64,000 bases of DNA, from the NCBI RefSeq assembly GCF_009914755.1, contig NC_060940.1; one strand, 5' to 3'. Each line of letters begins with the position of its first letter. Within the stretch, counting starts at the first letter, position 1. Source of the stretch: the human T2T-CHM13v2.0 reference genome, Homo sapiens. This document shows positions 13,246 to 28,900 of the stretch, piece after piece. Position numbers and translations under genes: made by a program. The notes beneath the pieces are model-generated. The model did not search any database. It worked only from the letters and a program-made list of their open reading frames with translations, and was not told where the DNA came from.

Positions 13246-14049
13246 AGGGGCTGGGATTTTAAACCAGAGCTAGTGACCTTTTGAATAGAAGTATCTGCCT
13301 GTTTTAGATTCCAGACCCCACCTTTGTCCCTAACCACCTCACTCCTCCTGCACCAAGAAGGAAGAACAAAGAAAACCTTCCCTTGGAGCATCAGGCAAGG
13401 CTCTCTGTTCCGGTGTCACCATGATAACCAGCCCTAGTCAATTTCCTCACAAGGAAGGGAAAAGTAAATGTCAAATACAGCTTCCCCAGCAACATTCTGT
13501 GGGCGAGCACTGGGGAAAATGTGCTGGAGCCTCTGTGTTCTCACTTAAATAAGGTGAATCACTCCTGGAATTGGAGCTGGGAAGCAGGCCATGTTCCTAA
13601 ACAGGTGAGGTTAACGGTGTTCTTGGAGAGCCTCTGGGTCACTTTGAAAATTAATCCTTTTTACTTCAGAATCTGAGCTCCTAAATGAGCAGATTAGAAA
13701 TCAAAGCGGGGAAACAAATGGGTGTTCTTGGCAAGGGATTTTTAGAACATTACAGCATGCTTTTTAGGCTGACATCATCTTATCTCACCTCTACTGCCCA
13801 CCTTTTGTTGAGGTCTTGTCTGTTTGAAGACTGTCGGCTGCCAAAAGCATGTAGACTCCAAGAAGCCAGGGCCATGTAAGCCATTCACCACTGTATCCAC
13901 AGTATCTAACATAGCACCTGACTCAGAGTGGGAAACTTACTAATTATTGTTCAACTAATGGACTGATTGCAGCTATCACAAACAATACTTTGGTTGGGGC
14001 AAAATGCTTTTGTTTCCAATATTTGATCATTTAAAGCAGAATGTTTTGA

Positions 14050-14345
14050 CCTTTCTGGCAGGAGACATTTAAGCTGAGATTTGAATGACAAGAAACAGCG
14101 AGTTATATGAATATGAAGAAAGAGCATTTCAGGGTAAAGGAATAGCAGGTTCTGGGGTTGGAAGGAGTTTAGTATGTTTGAGAAACAGCCAGAGGCCTCT
14201 GTGGCTAGAGAGAAGTGGAGAATGAACAGAGTGTGCAGAGATGAGATTGGAGAGATAGAAAGGGCCAGCTCCTGCTGCAAGAGGATAGATCTGAATTATT
14301 TTTCTAAGTGTTATGTAAAGCTATTGGAGAGTTTTAAGGGGGAAA
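14050..14345 (-). mobile_element. L2 fragment
   Basis: GACATTTAAGCTGAGATTTGAATGA...AAGAGCATTTCAGG...GCTATTGGAGAGTTTTAAG. Confidence 0.75.
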
Positions 14346-14877
14346 AGTGGAGGAGAAGGGAATGTGTCATTCACTCTGTGTCCCTATTGCTTGGCACATA
14401 ACAGGTGCTCAGAAACTGGATGAATGAGCTGAGATAATGCATATCAAGTGCTTTTGAAACAATGAAGTGTTTCAGAAATGACACTCATCATCAATTTGGA
14501 GGAGAATAAGACACTGCCCCCAATACCATTCTTTTAGATCACAAAGCTATTACAGATTTCTGGGTAATGAGGGTGGAAATCTAGAGGCACCTGATTTTTT
14601 ACAGTGCCTTATTTCTGTTAAAATAATTTCAAACCACACCAAGATGCAGGATTGCAATAGCACTGGCCAGACTCCAGACAAAATTCCCGTGAAGAATTCA
14701 CTCTTGGCTACCTGAGGCAGAACAGCGAGGTCAGGAAGGGAAAAGGTAATGGTTTTTCATGACCCCTGATATCTGAGACACACGGGGCTCTGATAGGTAG
14801 GAGGTACATTCTAATGAGGTCATGGCTCTTTTATTGACCCAATGCCCCAAATACTGTGTTTCTTACTACTTTTCACT

Positions 14878-15045
14878 TGGAGACTGTGATGGCTGGAGTT
14901 GTGACATGGTGGAGGATGCAACAGAAAGAGAAAACAGTGGAAGCTTATTGCAACCTGAGAGCCAAGATGTGAGAACTAAGTGGGAGGAATGAAGAAGAGA
15001 GAAGGAGTGGTAGAAACAGTGTTCCCTGGGTAAGATTTCATTCAC
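14878..15045 (+). repeat. Direct duplication copy A1 (partner 15242-15410)
   Basis: Shares TGATGGCTGGAGTTGTGACATGGTGGAGGATGCAACA and aligns through TAAGATTT(C/A)AT(T/G)CAC. Confidence 0.93.
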
Positions 15046-15231
15046 CTCTATGTGCTAAGTGCTTTGCCTGGCATATTATAGAAGGGAAGAAGACACAGAA
15101 GGTCTCAAAGGGTTTGAGTGGATCAATACATACATTACACCAGGAATATAATTGGGCAGAGAATCAGAAGAGCTCATAGATCCCAGAGGAAAGTTCCAGA
15201 CTCAGTTTACCCCAAGGGCCTTCAGGTTCTG
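15043..15231 (-). repeat. Inverted copy of 11872-12060
   Basis: Reverse-complement alignment, roughly 80% identity by eye. Confidence 0.92.
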
Positions 15232-15241
15232 GTCTCTGGTC

Positions 15242-15410
15242 TGGAGATTCTGATGGCTGGAGTTGTGACATGGTGGAGGATGCAACAAAAAGAGTAAACA
15301 GTGGATGTTTATTGGAACCTGAGATGCAAGATGTGAGAACTGAAGCGGGAAGAAAGAAGGATAGAGAAATAGTGGTAGGAACAGTGTACTCTGAGTAAGA
15401 TTTAATGCAC
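15242..15410 (+). repeat. Direct duplication copy A1'
   Basis: Aligns to 14878-15045. Confidence 0.93.
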
Positions 15411-18400
15411 TGGTGCTGATGAGACAGGAGCTAGACACATGTTAAACAATCCATGAATAAATTCCCTTTGTATCATCAGTGGGGCAACTATTTCTCCTCT
15501 GCCCACACTCAAAACATAGCCAGCAGGCTTCAGAAGTCTGTCCAACAGCAGAATAGATTAATCAGCCTTTCATCAAAGGTCTGAGGGATGAGGATGCAAC
15601 AGGATACAGGTGAACAATTGGGGACACTAAAGAACCCCAGAAACCCAAAACTCCACCCAATGTGTTGATAGACAAACACCAAGACTGCCTAAATGTTTTC
15701 TTATCTTTAAAAAGAAGGAAAAAATTAAAACAAAAAACCAACAACCTGGAGTCTGAGAAACAACTTCCAATCATAAATGAAAAGGAACGTTGCACTCAAA
15801 ATGCATAGAAAGTACACACATTTTAAAGAATTCGTTATGAGAAAGAGAAGAAAATTCTACAAGGCATCTGGTATGCTGCCAGTAAAATTAAAGAAAACAT
15901 GAACTTATAGGGGAATGGTTAAATGAATTGAGATACATCCATATGGCAGAATATTTTACAGCCATTATAAACCATGTTTTCAGAAACTAAATAATGACGT
16001 AGAAATATGCTTACAATAGAACGCTATATTTTAAAAGGGGGATTTAAAACCAGTGAATACCAGAAAATCCCTATCTGTGCATGAATGTTCATAGAAGCTT
16101 TATTCACGATAGCAAAAAACTGAGAACAACCCAAATGTCCTTTAATAGGTCAATGGTTATATAAACTCTGTTCTGTCTATACATTGATACATGCAACACC
16201 CTGCATGAATGTCCAGGACGTTGCGCCTTGCAAAATAAGTCAATCTGACAAGATTACATACTGTATGATTGCATTTATGTAACATTCTTGAAACGACAAA
16301 GCTATACAGAGGAGACATATTATTAGTTGTTGCCAAGGTATAAAGACGGGGTGGAAATATAAAGGGGTAACATGGGGTACCTTTATGATGATGACATAGC
16401 TCTGTATTTTGAGTGTAGTCGTGATTCCATGAATCTCTATATGGGATAAAATTGCACAGAATGATACACATATGCACACATGTGGTAATACATGCATGTA
16501 AAAATTGGTGAAAACTGAGTAAGATCTGTAGTGTAGAAAACAGTATTTTAGTAGTGGTCAATTTCCTAGTTTTGATATTCTGCTAAAGTTACACAGGATG
16601 GTACCTGAGGAAGCTAGGTGAAATAGACATTAAACTCTATGTCGTATTTTCGCAATTTCCTATAATTATTTCAAAATAAAAATTAAGAAAGATAATATAT
16701 ACCAAAGAATCCCAATTTCATTTAAGAACTATAAAGAAAGAAATCCAAATTTTGACTAGAAGAAAATACTCCATTATATTGGCAGTGACTTTTCTTTTCT
16801 GGTTAATGGGATAATGGTCATTTTTATATTCTTCTATGTATTATTCTGTACTTCCAAAACTTTCTGCAGTAATATATGTTACTTTTGTAATCTGAAAAGA
16901 ACTTATCATTTCTGATTTTAAATATTTGGTGAATGTAAAAAGTAAACATTTAAAGGAAAAAGTATATAATAATATTATAAAAGAGAATTGAGAAAAAGAA
17001 GGGCAAAAAAGAAAATGACTTGGTAAGATATGAAAACATGGCAAGGAAATACAAAATGTAATAGCAAAGTTAAATCTACATTGAAACAGTACAAAACACT
17101 TTAGAAACTAAACCGATGGTATGTAGGACAAACACACAAACCCTGCCCAGAATGCTGAGTCAAAGATCAAAGACATGAAATAGAGACAAAATAAAAGATG
17201 TGGAGAACCAAACATAAAGATTCAGCATACCACTAGCTGGTGTTTCTAAAAAAGCTATCCTAAAAAATGGGACAAAAGCAATAATCACAGAGACAAAATA
17301 GCAAAACACTGTCCAGATTTATGGATGACCTGAATTTGTAATGCAAATAGATACACTAAATGCCACTGTCTGGAAATATACATGATAAGGTTTCAGCATT
17401 TCAAAGATCAACTTTTATATTCTGCATGTAGCCAGGCAGAAAACAAAACAAAACAACTCAAAAAATGTTTTACCTGGAAAGATGAAAACATCAAACTAGT
17501 CTCATTTTTTTTCCTCCATAACATCAAGTTTTGAGAAGGAAAGATTATGACCTAAGCATCTCTACCAAATTTCCAAGTTGTTATAATAATAATAAGGTAA
17601 TGAGGTAATCATAATTGCTACTTATGATTAAGTAACAATAAGGCACTTGATAACTCAACCGTCATAACTAATTAAAATTTAGTACAACTAGAATAAGATG
17701 AAAGTGTCTCAAAATAATTATTTAGCCATCTCAAGTCAATGGTCAACATTATATAAAGAGAGTTTTCATTTATTAATAAGATAAGGAAACCACTATTATT
17801 TATTACCATTATGGATTTTCTAGTAAATCCAATAGGTCATGAGAAAAAAAAATAAGGAAGTTCATCACTGCTTCCATAAGATACGATTGCTTACTTAGAA
17901 ACAAAATGAGCTGGAAAAAAATTGGAAACAATAATTATCGTCTGGAGGTGATGAGTTACAAAATCAGTATGTCTACATTTTTCCTGTGTAGTATTTGACA
18001 TAAAGCAATTAGAAAATACAAAAAAAATCCATGCAGAGTAGAAATAATAGAAATAAAAACAAAACATCCAGAACTAAAGGTTAAAATACACACACACGAT
18101 CTTGGCCAAGAGATGAAGATATATCAGTGTCTATCTATATATAAAGATTTGAAGAGCTCAATATGCCATTTTCCTAAATAGGAAAATTTAGTATTATTAA
18201 AATGTCACTTCTTCCAAAGTTAATTAATGCGTTTAATTCAATGCTAACCAGAATTCTAAAAAGGATTGCTTCAAAGCTTAATACAATTATTCTGAAGTTA
18301 ATTTGAAAATATAAGCAGATGAGACTGATCAAGAGATATGAGGAAAAACAGGGCAAGTAAAAGGAACATCTTGTCCTGCCAGATATTACAATTTTTGTTG

Positions 18401-18440
18401 TTATTCATCTTTTTTTAAATTTTATTTTTAATTGACAAAT

Positions 18441-18600
18441 AATAATTGTATATATTTATGGGGTACAGTGTGATACTTTGATACATGTTTACGATGTGGA
18501 ATGATTAAATCTGTCTAACAAATAATTGTATATATTTATGGGGTACAGTGTGACATTTTGATACATGTTTACAATGTGGAATGATTAAATCTGTCCAACA
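18441..18600 (+). repeat. 80-bp tandem duplication inside a reverse L1MA 3' fragment
   Basis: 18441-18520 vs 18521-18600, 4 mismatches. Confidence 0.95.
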
Positions 18601-18676
18601 AATATCTGTCTACCAAATCTGTCTAAAAGCAACCCAGGTATCCATCATCATATGAATCAATAAAGAAAAGGAGAGG

Positions 18677-19125
<449 letters not shown>

Positions 19126-19747
19126 TTATCTATTTGTTACAGGAGAAAACAAGCTTTAAATACCAAAATAAATTCCAATCAGATTAAAATAAGTGCAAAT
19201 ACGTGAATAAAATCTTAAAATATTAAAGATTTAGCATCTGAAGAGGGAGAAATTTGTGAGCAATAGAAAAAAAATCACAAAGCAAACACTCAACAAATTT
19301 GACAATATAGAATCTATTTAAATTACAAACAAAATAAAACAACAAATTAAAAAAATCAGATAAAAGTTTAATGTATTTAGCATATGAATCCATGGGAAAA
19401 TATTAACATTCAGCAGAAAAAATAGACAAAGGATGTGAAAAGACAATGTAGAAGAAAAGGACCCTAAATGACAAATTGATACCAAAAAAATCAGTTTCAT
19501 TATTATTCAGATAAACAAAAATTTTTTTAAAAGGCTGCCTTTAAAAATCAAACAAATAGAAGGAAAGCTTTAAATTGTTACCCCTCAATGCTAGTAGTGT
19601 AAAGACAGTGACATGGTCAACTACATACATTGCAGTTGGAGTAAACTTTGCAGTAAACAAGTTGGAACTAAGTTTCAAAAGTCTTAAAAATATTCAGTTT
19701 CCTTTACACAATAATTCTTCCAGAAATCTACCTTAAGAAAGTAGTCA

Positions 19748-20074
<327 letters not shown>

Positions 20075-20087
20075 TCAAAGATGTCCA

Positions 20088-20520
20088 ATGTAGTAAGATG
20101 GAAGACATCCACCAGGGTATTACTCCTTGGTTGTGCCAAGGAAAGGGGAGAAGTCAGTCTGGTTTGTGAATTTAGCAGACACTGATCTGGCCTGTCCTGC
20201 CTTCTTTTTCCACCTCCTTTTGGAAAGAATCTGCCTTCTTGCTGAGAGGATACCTATGGGTCTGTTCTCCAGACATAAGGTGAGAGGTCTGCCCCTGAGC
20301 AGGAGGCCCGAGGTTTGCCAGCAATGCTCATGCCTGCCCTGGATAAATCTGTACACTTCTGGGGTACAGTATCAGAGAACTCTGTTTCCCCACCTATGCA
20401 GCATCCTCTAAAGTAGAAACCAATCAGTAACCAATCAGTAACTAAGTTGACAGTTTGATCTCCACCTGTCTGAATTTCCTGTATCTAAACCTCATTGTGC
20501 TCTGAAGTTGGGCAGGAACA
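20088..20520 (+). mobile_element. Probable old solo LTR inserted in L1ME
   Basis: Higher-GC block with TG...CA ends (TGTAGTAAGATGG...GGCAGGAACA) inside AT-rich L1 sequence; family uncertain. Confidence 0.4.
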
Positions 20521-21302
20521 AGAAAAGTGTTATTTTATCACCACCCACCAAAAATAGGAAAATGACGTAGTTTTGGCAAAGAAAGAGATGGATTAAATCA
20601 ACATTATCTTACCTATAGGGTGGAATAGTATGCAGATTCTAAAAGCGGTGCTCTGTAAGAATACACAAAGGAAAATGAGTGTTATTTAAGATTAAATGAG
20701 AGAAAGCATGTAACAAAAATAGTATGTAAATAAATACCTCTACAAATTGTGAGTACATAGAGAGAAAAAGATCAGAAGAAAGCACTTCAAAAAGCCAGCA
20801 TTTGTCTCTGGGTTCTGGGGTTATGGGTGATTCTTTTCTTCTTCTTAATGCCTTTTTGTATTATATAAATTCTCTATAATATATTTGTACTGTTTTATAA
20901 TAAAAAAACATTTATTTTTGAGGAAAGCAGAATCTCAAAGGTCACAGTGACTGTACTGTTTGTCCTCTGCACATCAGGAAGAATAAACTCTTTGATTTGG
21001 GCCCAGGGCACTTTGAACATATGAGTGCAAACCCACGAAAGGTTTATTCTGAGACAATTCAGCACAATTTCTCTGAGTCATGGAGAATGATTCTCAGACC
21101 TTTTGTCCTTGCGCAGGGGCAGTGCATCTATCCGTCTACTTACCCAAACAAAGAACAATGGTTGAGCAGGAACGATGTGCCTGGTACTGTGCTCATCTTC
21201 ACACATGCAGCCCTCAGAGGCTTGATCCTCACCCCAAAGGAGTGCTGCATGGCAGGGACACAGACAAGCAAGCAAATATAGCAGCGTGGTGTGATAGATG
21301 CT

Positions 21303-21675
21303 TGATGTGGCTTGGCTGTGTCCCCACCCAAATCTCATCTTGAATTGTAATCCTCAGGTATTGAAGGAGAGACCTGGTGAGAGGTGACTGGATCATAGGG
21401 GCAGTTTCCCCCATGCTGTTCTTGTGATAGTGAGTGAGTTCTAACAAGAGCTGATGGTTTTACAAGAGGCTCTTCCCCCTTTGCTGCTCACTTTTGTCTC
21501 TCTTGCCGCCATGTGAGACGGTCCAAGCTTGCTTTCCCTTCACCTTCCGCCATGATTTTAAGTTTCCTGAAGCCTTCCCAGGCATATGGAACTGTAAGTC
21601 AATTTAACCTCTTTCCTTTATAAATTACCCAGTCTCAGGTATGTCTTCATAGCAGTGTGAGAAAGGACTAAAACA
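21303..21675 (+). mobile_element. MSTA/THE1D-like MaLR solo LTR
   Basis: TGATGTGGCTTGGCTGTGTCCCCACCCAAATCTC...GACTAAAACA; TSD (A/G)TGCT. Confidence 0.9.
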
Positions 21676-21829
21676 GTGCTGCTCTCGAGGAATGTACACA
21701 GCCCCATGGGGAATATAGAAGAACCAGCGTAAAGTTTCTGCAGTATTAATGGAAGGAAATAGCAGTTAATCTGGGTCTTGTAGGATGATGGGCCAGGTGA
21801 ATGGTAGGATTTTCCAGGCACAGCAATGG

Positions 21830-21958
21830 AAGTGAGAGAAAGAGAAATAGAGAGAGAAGGAAAAAGACAGAGTGGAGTGTGGGGGGAGGCAGAGGGAGAG
21901 GGAGAGAAGGAGGGGCAGGGGGTTGGGGGAGAGAGAGACCAGAGACAAAAAGACAGGG
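21830..21958 (+). repeat. GA-rich polypurine low-complexity tract
   Basis: Strongly purine-biased run with G-tracts. Confidence 0.8.
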
Positions 21959-22385
21959 ATTATGTAACTACTGGTGTCTTAAATAATTGTAAACCATGTA
22001 GGAGGATGTACCAGTTAGTTATTCTTTGGCCATAAATCATAGAAACTGACTCTAACTAACTAAGGGAGAAAGGAAGCTTATTGGATTAATATAGGGCAGC
22101 TCTAAGAAGCACCAAGACATATGAACTAGAACTCCCAATGTGCAGTTTCAGGAAGCTTTAGGTAACTAAATTCCTCTGGAAGTTGCAGGAGGATGGATCA
22201 CCTGTTTTCAATCCAATGTTTTACCCAAGAATAAATTCCAGAGAGGGAGCACTATAGGAGCCTGATGTCAGTCACGCAGCCACCCCTTGGCTGGAGGACG
22301 GGTGCACTTTCATTGACAGTAGAGAGTGCTCAACAAGGACAGGATAACCTTCCCAATGCCAAACCCCATACTCTTAACCTAGAAC

Positions 22386-22588
22386 TGTAGTTTTCAACCA
22401 AGGGTGCATTTGCCTCCCAGGAAACATTTGGGAATTTCTGCAGACATTTTTGCTTGTCACAAATTGAGGGTAGGGGGAAGTGCAACTGGCATCTAGTGGG
22501 AAGAGGAAAGGAGACTGCAAACATTCTACAATACTCAGGACACCCCCTACGACAAAGAATTACTTAGTCCTGAGGTTGAAAAACTCTG
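22386..22588 (+). mobile_element. MER20 (hAT-Charlie)
   Basis: GACATTTTTGCTTGTCACA...ACTGGCATCTAGTGGG...CAAAGAATTA...GAGGTTGAAAAACTCTG. Confidence 0.85.
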
Positions 22589-22994
22589 ATCTAGAGGTGA
22601 ACATATGTGTGAAAACAGAAACAACAAAAGTCATTTAGGAAAGAGAGAAAAAGGGAGGATGGAGCCATGAAAGGAGTATAAGAAAGATAAACTTTATGCC
22701 AAGGGCAGTGGGAGGGTCTTTGAAAGGCATTTAAGCCAGAAAGAGGTGTGATATATTCATGGCAAGCGTGAGCATGTCAGTACATATGACAGCACCCTCT
22801 TCACCAATTTTACAGCAATATTCTCCATTTGTAATTACATACTTTTAACATTTTTGTTTGTCTTTTCATGGCCGGCCACACATCAGTAATCTTCATTAGG
22901 GACAGAACCACATCTGCTTTATTTACTATTGTATGCTTGTGCCTAGAATGGTGCCCGGCACATAAAAGAGGCTCAATAAATATTTGCTGAAAGA

Positions 22995-23433
<439 letters not shown>

Positions 23434-23853
23434 TCATATTTGTAAAGATTGCCTACGTAGCTGTCAGATTCCCACCTACAAAATAAACCAAAGCAAGCAA
23501 GTATTTGGACAAAAAGAAAGGAATCAAGATGATTCACACCCATGATATCTGCATTTTACAAGTTCTGGCTGAGTACATATCATGCAGGATCCCACACTAA
23601 CATCTGTCTAATGTGCAAAGGGAGGAAAATGTCCACGTGCCAGACGTAGCCTTCACCTAGGAAGGCAGAGATACAGCACTAGAATAACTTTAAGGCAACC
23701 TATTAACAGAGGCTGGAATGCATGGCATACCAATCATTTATTTATTCAACAAATATATTTATTGTATACCTACCATGCGTCTGGGCACAGTACTAGATAC
23801 AAAATATCCATTGTTTAAAAAGGCAGACCTGGTCTTTACCATTGCGGTATTTA

Positions 23854-24269
<416 letters not shown>

Positions 24270-24597
24270 TCAGAATATAGTGATAAATTAAAAAACACAG
24301 TTTGGTGGCTGACTTAACAGGGACGACATGGCAGTTCTCAAAGGGAAGGATATTTAAGCCAGAAGGATGAATAAAAACCTGCCATGCTAAGAATAAAGAA
24401 AATAATGTCTCAGGTAGTTGGAATGATAAAGCAAAAGTCTTGAATCAGGAAAAGGTTGATGTGTTTAAGAATCTCTAAGGAGCCTAGTTTGCTGGGAGCA
24501 TAGTGAGTAATATGGAAAATGGCATGACACTAGTATAGCGATATAGACAGTGCTCAGATCATGCAGGGTCTTAAAGTCCATGATAAGCTCTTGGATT

Positions 24598-25005
24598 TTG
24601 TTTTGGTTATCTATTGCTGAGTAACAGATCACACCAAAGCTTAAGGGCTTAAAACAATAATAATTTATTATTTTTTCATGATTCTATGAATTGCTTAGGT
24701 GGTTCTTTTGTTAGCATTACCTGGGCTCTGTCATGCTGATGCATTCACCTGGATATTGGATGGAGTTGTAATGTTTAAGACATGGCTACTTGGGCTTCCT
24801 CCCAGCATGGCAGCTGGATTCTAAGAAGGAACATTCCAAAGAGGCAAAACTGAGAGCTGCAGATATCTTAAGGCCCAGCTTTAGATGGGCCCCTACCACT
24901 TTTTTGGGCTACATTGTACTGATCGAAATAAGTCACAGGGCCAGCGTTCTTGATGGAAGGAGTGACCAAAAAAAAAAAAAATTGTAACTGTATTTAACCC
25001 ACCAC
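24598..25005 (-). mobile_element. MLT1 (G/H-like) solo LTR
   Basis: GTTATCTATTGCTGAGTAACA...GGCTTAAAACAAT...GGGCTTCCTCCCAGCATGGCAG...CCACCACA. Confidence 0.75.
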
Positions 25006-27489
25006 AGATTCATCCTAAATGAAATGGAAAGTCATTGAAGATTTTAAGGTGTGGATGTAATATAATGAGATTTATGTTTTCCACATGTTCACAGTAAAAC
25101 TACTATGGGAATAATGAATTGCAGAGGGGCAAGAATGGAATAAGGGATGTAGCTTTACATGTTGGAAAGAGCCCACGATAGAATAAACAGGAAAGGTAAG
25201 TTAGAATAAACCTTGAAATCCAAGCACAATATAAATTATCAAAAAGAAGGAAGGCTCCCCCTCAGGTGGCATATATTCCTTAATCAAATACCTGCAAAGT
25301 AGATATTAAAAATCATCAGAGCAAATTTGCAGAAGCAGCCTAGTGTGTCAAAATGAGCATTGGCTTTAGAGTGCAACATATTCAGGTTTGGATCCTGGTC
25401 TTGCTGCTTACTAGTTAGTTTCCTGATTTGTAAATCAAAGACCTTTACCTTTAGCCCTTGGAGTTTTGATGAGGAGTTGCATAATTCACATAAAGCATTG
25501 TATTGCAATTCCCAAATTGCAGTAAGATCAACACGTAAGGTTTCATTAGGATATACAAGAGAGAATTTACAAGCAGAAAGTATACACCATTTATGCGTCA
25601 TTTAACTGAAATGACCACAACTAACTGATTTTCTTTTCGGAGATTTCCAAAACCCATAAGGTCCCTGTAAAGAAAGTGGCCTCACTTGGAAAACACGGGC
25701 CAGCATTGCTCAAGCTCCTGGGAACACTGCTCGAAGCCAAAGCCAAAAATAATCCCATTAGTCACATTCAAAGTGCTAAGCAGAAACAAAAAGAAATCAA
25801 AATTAATTTCAATACTTACAGTGACAGCAGCAATTAAGGTGACAAGATTATGGAAATCATCACCATCACCAGAGATCTTTGCCTAAGGGAGAAAAATAAC
25901 CAGTAATATAAAGGACTAAGAAACAGAGGAATTTGAGTTCTGTTCACAACAAATGAACCACTAGCCCTCAGAGGATTTCAACTGGGCATTGCTCCATGCA
26001 ATAATAATGTATTCTGTGCCCATTATATATCAACATCTTAAAGTAATTACCTCTAGTACTCACATCATCTCTATAAGAAGTATTATTGTTCTCGTCTGTG
26101 ATTCAAGAAACCGAGTCACAGAAAGGTTAAACAAATTACTCAAGATCACGTTGATGAAAAGTATCAGAACCTTGATCTAAGGTCATCCTCACTTGGGACC
26201 CCACTTCCATCCCACTGCCCTATCTTTGTAGATAACAGCCTCAGGCCCCAAAAGAAATGGGATTCTTTCAGCTCCCTCTTATCTGTGACTACGTGCCAGG
26301 AATTAGAGAAAGGCTGCTCGGTGTGGTTTGAATGCTCCATAGGTTGTCCATTTTTTCCTCTTTCTGCTTTCTTGTTTGTCTCACTGCAAGTGATTGCTAA
26401 CAAATTCCAGTATGGTTATCTGAAAAAGACCAAAGCACGACAGGGGAGCAACCTGTTCTGAAATATCAGAAAAGATAGATTGCACCTTGCTGTGCAGAAT
26501 GGCAAAAGCAATCATTAAAGTCAAGTGGGCCTGGCATAAGAAAGTCCAAGCAGTGCAAAGAAGCTTTCTGTGGCTCTGCCTTCTGGTCCTCTCTCCTGGG
26601 AATGGTGCCCTTCTGGGGGCTTCGTATATTCTTATTGATCACCTCTATGGAGACCTGGGGTAATGGAGAAAGAAAGCTGGTCTTTCATCTGGATTAACAA
26701 GTGGCTGATGTGGGCTAATCATATCACTCAGTCCAATTTGGAGCAAATTGGAAGGTCTTCAGAGCAAAGAAGTAGCAACAGTTACCAAGATTTTCAAGTG
26801 TATTGGTGAGGACAAATAATAGCAATAGCAGTAATTAAAATGCCAACAACACCCACTGCTGAGATGTGGAGTGGTTCACAGTCTACAATACTTCCCCTTT
26901 ATTTACATTTTTATTTGTGAGTCAGTAGTTCTGTTTTCTGAGGTTCTTCAGGGGGACCTGGAAAGGGCAGAGATTCAGAAATGGTTTTACTTACTTGGGA
27001 AATTATGTTAACCTCATGAGGTCAAGAGGCTTCTTGGGTGAGATGACTGTGATTGTTAAAGCTTGTCTTAACAGAACAAATCATGACCTCCTGGGTCTGG
27101 GTTGGTTGCAGAAACCTTTGTCCCCCCATGTCTTTGGGCAGGGAGGTGTTGACCCATCTTTTTCTGAGGCATTCGATTGTTGTTGTTTTTCATAAACAAT
27201 ATTCATCAAAAATCATTGCCCATTGGCCCACTGGAGAACAGTCATCTGTAACTATATCTGTACCTAACTCTGTCATCTGTACCTATATCTAGGTCCCTCT
27301 CAGAGACACAAAGCCTTGTTTGGTAAGAAGAATAGAGGAGATTAATAGGGATTTCTAAAGAATTAGCTAAACCCCAGATAAAACAAGAAGCAAATAAGTA
27401 AATCCTTGAACATTCAAGTCATTCTGCCTTAAGTAACTATCAATCTCCCTGGTAAATGAGGGAGTGGGGAAGATTTGTCAAGTTCTTTT

Positions 27490-28040
27490 TTCATTCCTTC
27501 ACCCAGGCATTTACTCGACAACTATATCCTGAGTATCTGCCACATGCCAGGCACAGTTCAAGGGGCTTGGGGACATCAGAGAACAACAAAAAGACAACGA
27601 CTCCTAGAGTTGTGTGATTTCCATCCCAACAGAGGTGTGTGGGAGGTGAGGACAACAACAATAAGGATGATACAGAGGTAATGATATAGCATATTAGCAG
27701 GTGAAAGTGCAGTAGAAATTGAAGAAAAGCAGGGGAGGAGAGACAAGGAGTGTGATGAGGAGGACGGGGTTGAAATTTCAAAGACGACGGTTGCATGGAA
27801 AAGATAACTTGAGCAAAAGACCTGATGGAATTAGACATGCGGATATCCAGGAAGAGGGAGCAGCCAATTCAAGTGCCTTATGTTGAGAATGTGCCTGGCA
27901 TGTTTAAGCAAAAACAAAGAGGATGGAGCGCCTGCATGAAGTGAGAGAAAGGGGATTAGAAGGTGGTGTCAGAGAGCTTATGGGAAAAGAGAAAGTGGGT
28001 CATATAGGATCTGCACACCATCTTAAAGATCTGGCTTGAG
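27490..28040 (-). mobile_element. L2 fragment
   Basis: TGAGTATCTGCCACATGCCAGGCAC...TGAGCAAAAGACCTGA...GAATGTGCCTGGCATGTTT. Confidence 0.75.
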
Positions 28041-28042
28041 AC

Positions 28043-28436
<394 letters not shown>

Positions 28437-28721
28437 CTATAGGGTAGATCCAACCATAATAATAATATTTTTTATATTATTATTATTGTTATTACTCCCA
28501 TTTCAGAGATAAGAACAATGAGACTCAGAGAGTGCAAGTAATTTCCCAAAGTCAAGGTCATCCCAAATGGCGAGGAACAGAGTCAGGGTATTAGTAGGAA
28601 GTTGCTGACCTGATGTGATTAGAGGCATTTTGGGCCTCCAGATATCTGCCCTGTAGAATTTCTCACTGGATTAAGCATTGGCTTCTTTCTTTTCTTTCTT
28701 TTAGTGGTAGAGTACCCTGGA

Positions 28722-28900
28722 GCAGCGATTGTCTAACATTAGCGTAGACAAGAATGACCTGGAGCTCTTGTTCCAGATGCAGACTTCCCAGCCTCATCTT
28801 GTTTTGGGAGGTCTGAAAGGCCCAAGAATTGATGTTATTAAGAAGGAACCCAGGTGATTCCAATGCCGGGGGTTCCTGGACCATGCATTTAAGAAATGCT
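28722..28900. mobile_element. MER5A-like (hAT-Charlie)
   Basis: AGAATGACCTGGAGC...CCAGGTGATTCCAATGC...TTTAAGAAATGCTG. Confidence 0.65.

Noticed and set aside
14878-15410. A/A' as the paired LTRs of a small retroelement, or as CRISPR-like repeats
   Set aside because: No TG...CA ends, primer-binding site or short TSD; only two copies; the spacer is an inverted copy of local DNA
25805-25830. Minus-strand GTAAGT splice-donor-like site in unique sequence
   Set aside because: Isolated motif with no convincing acceptor or reading frame
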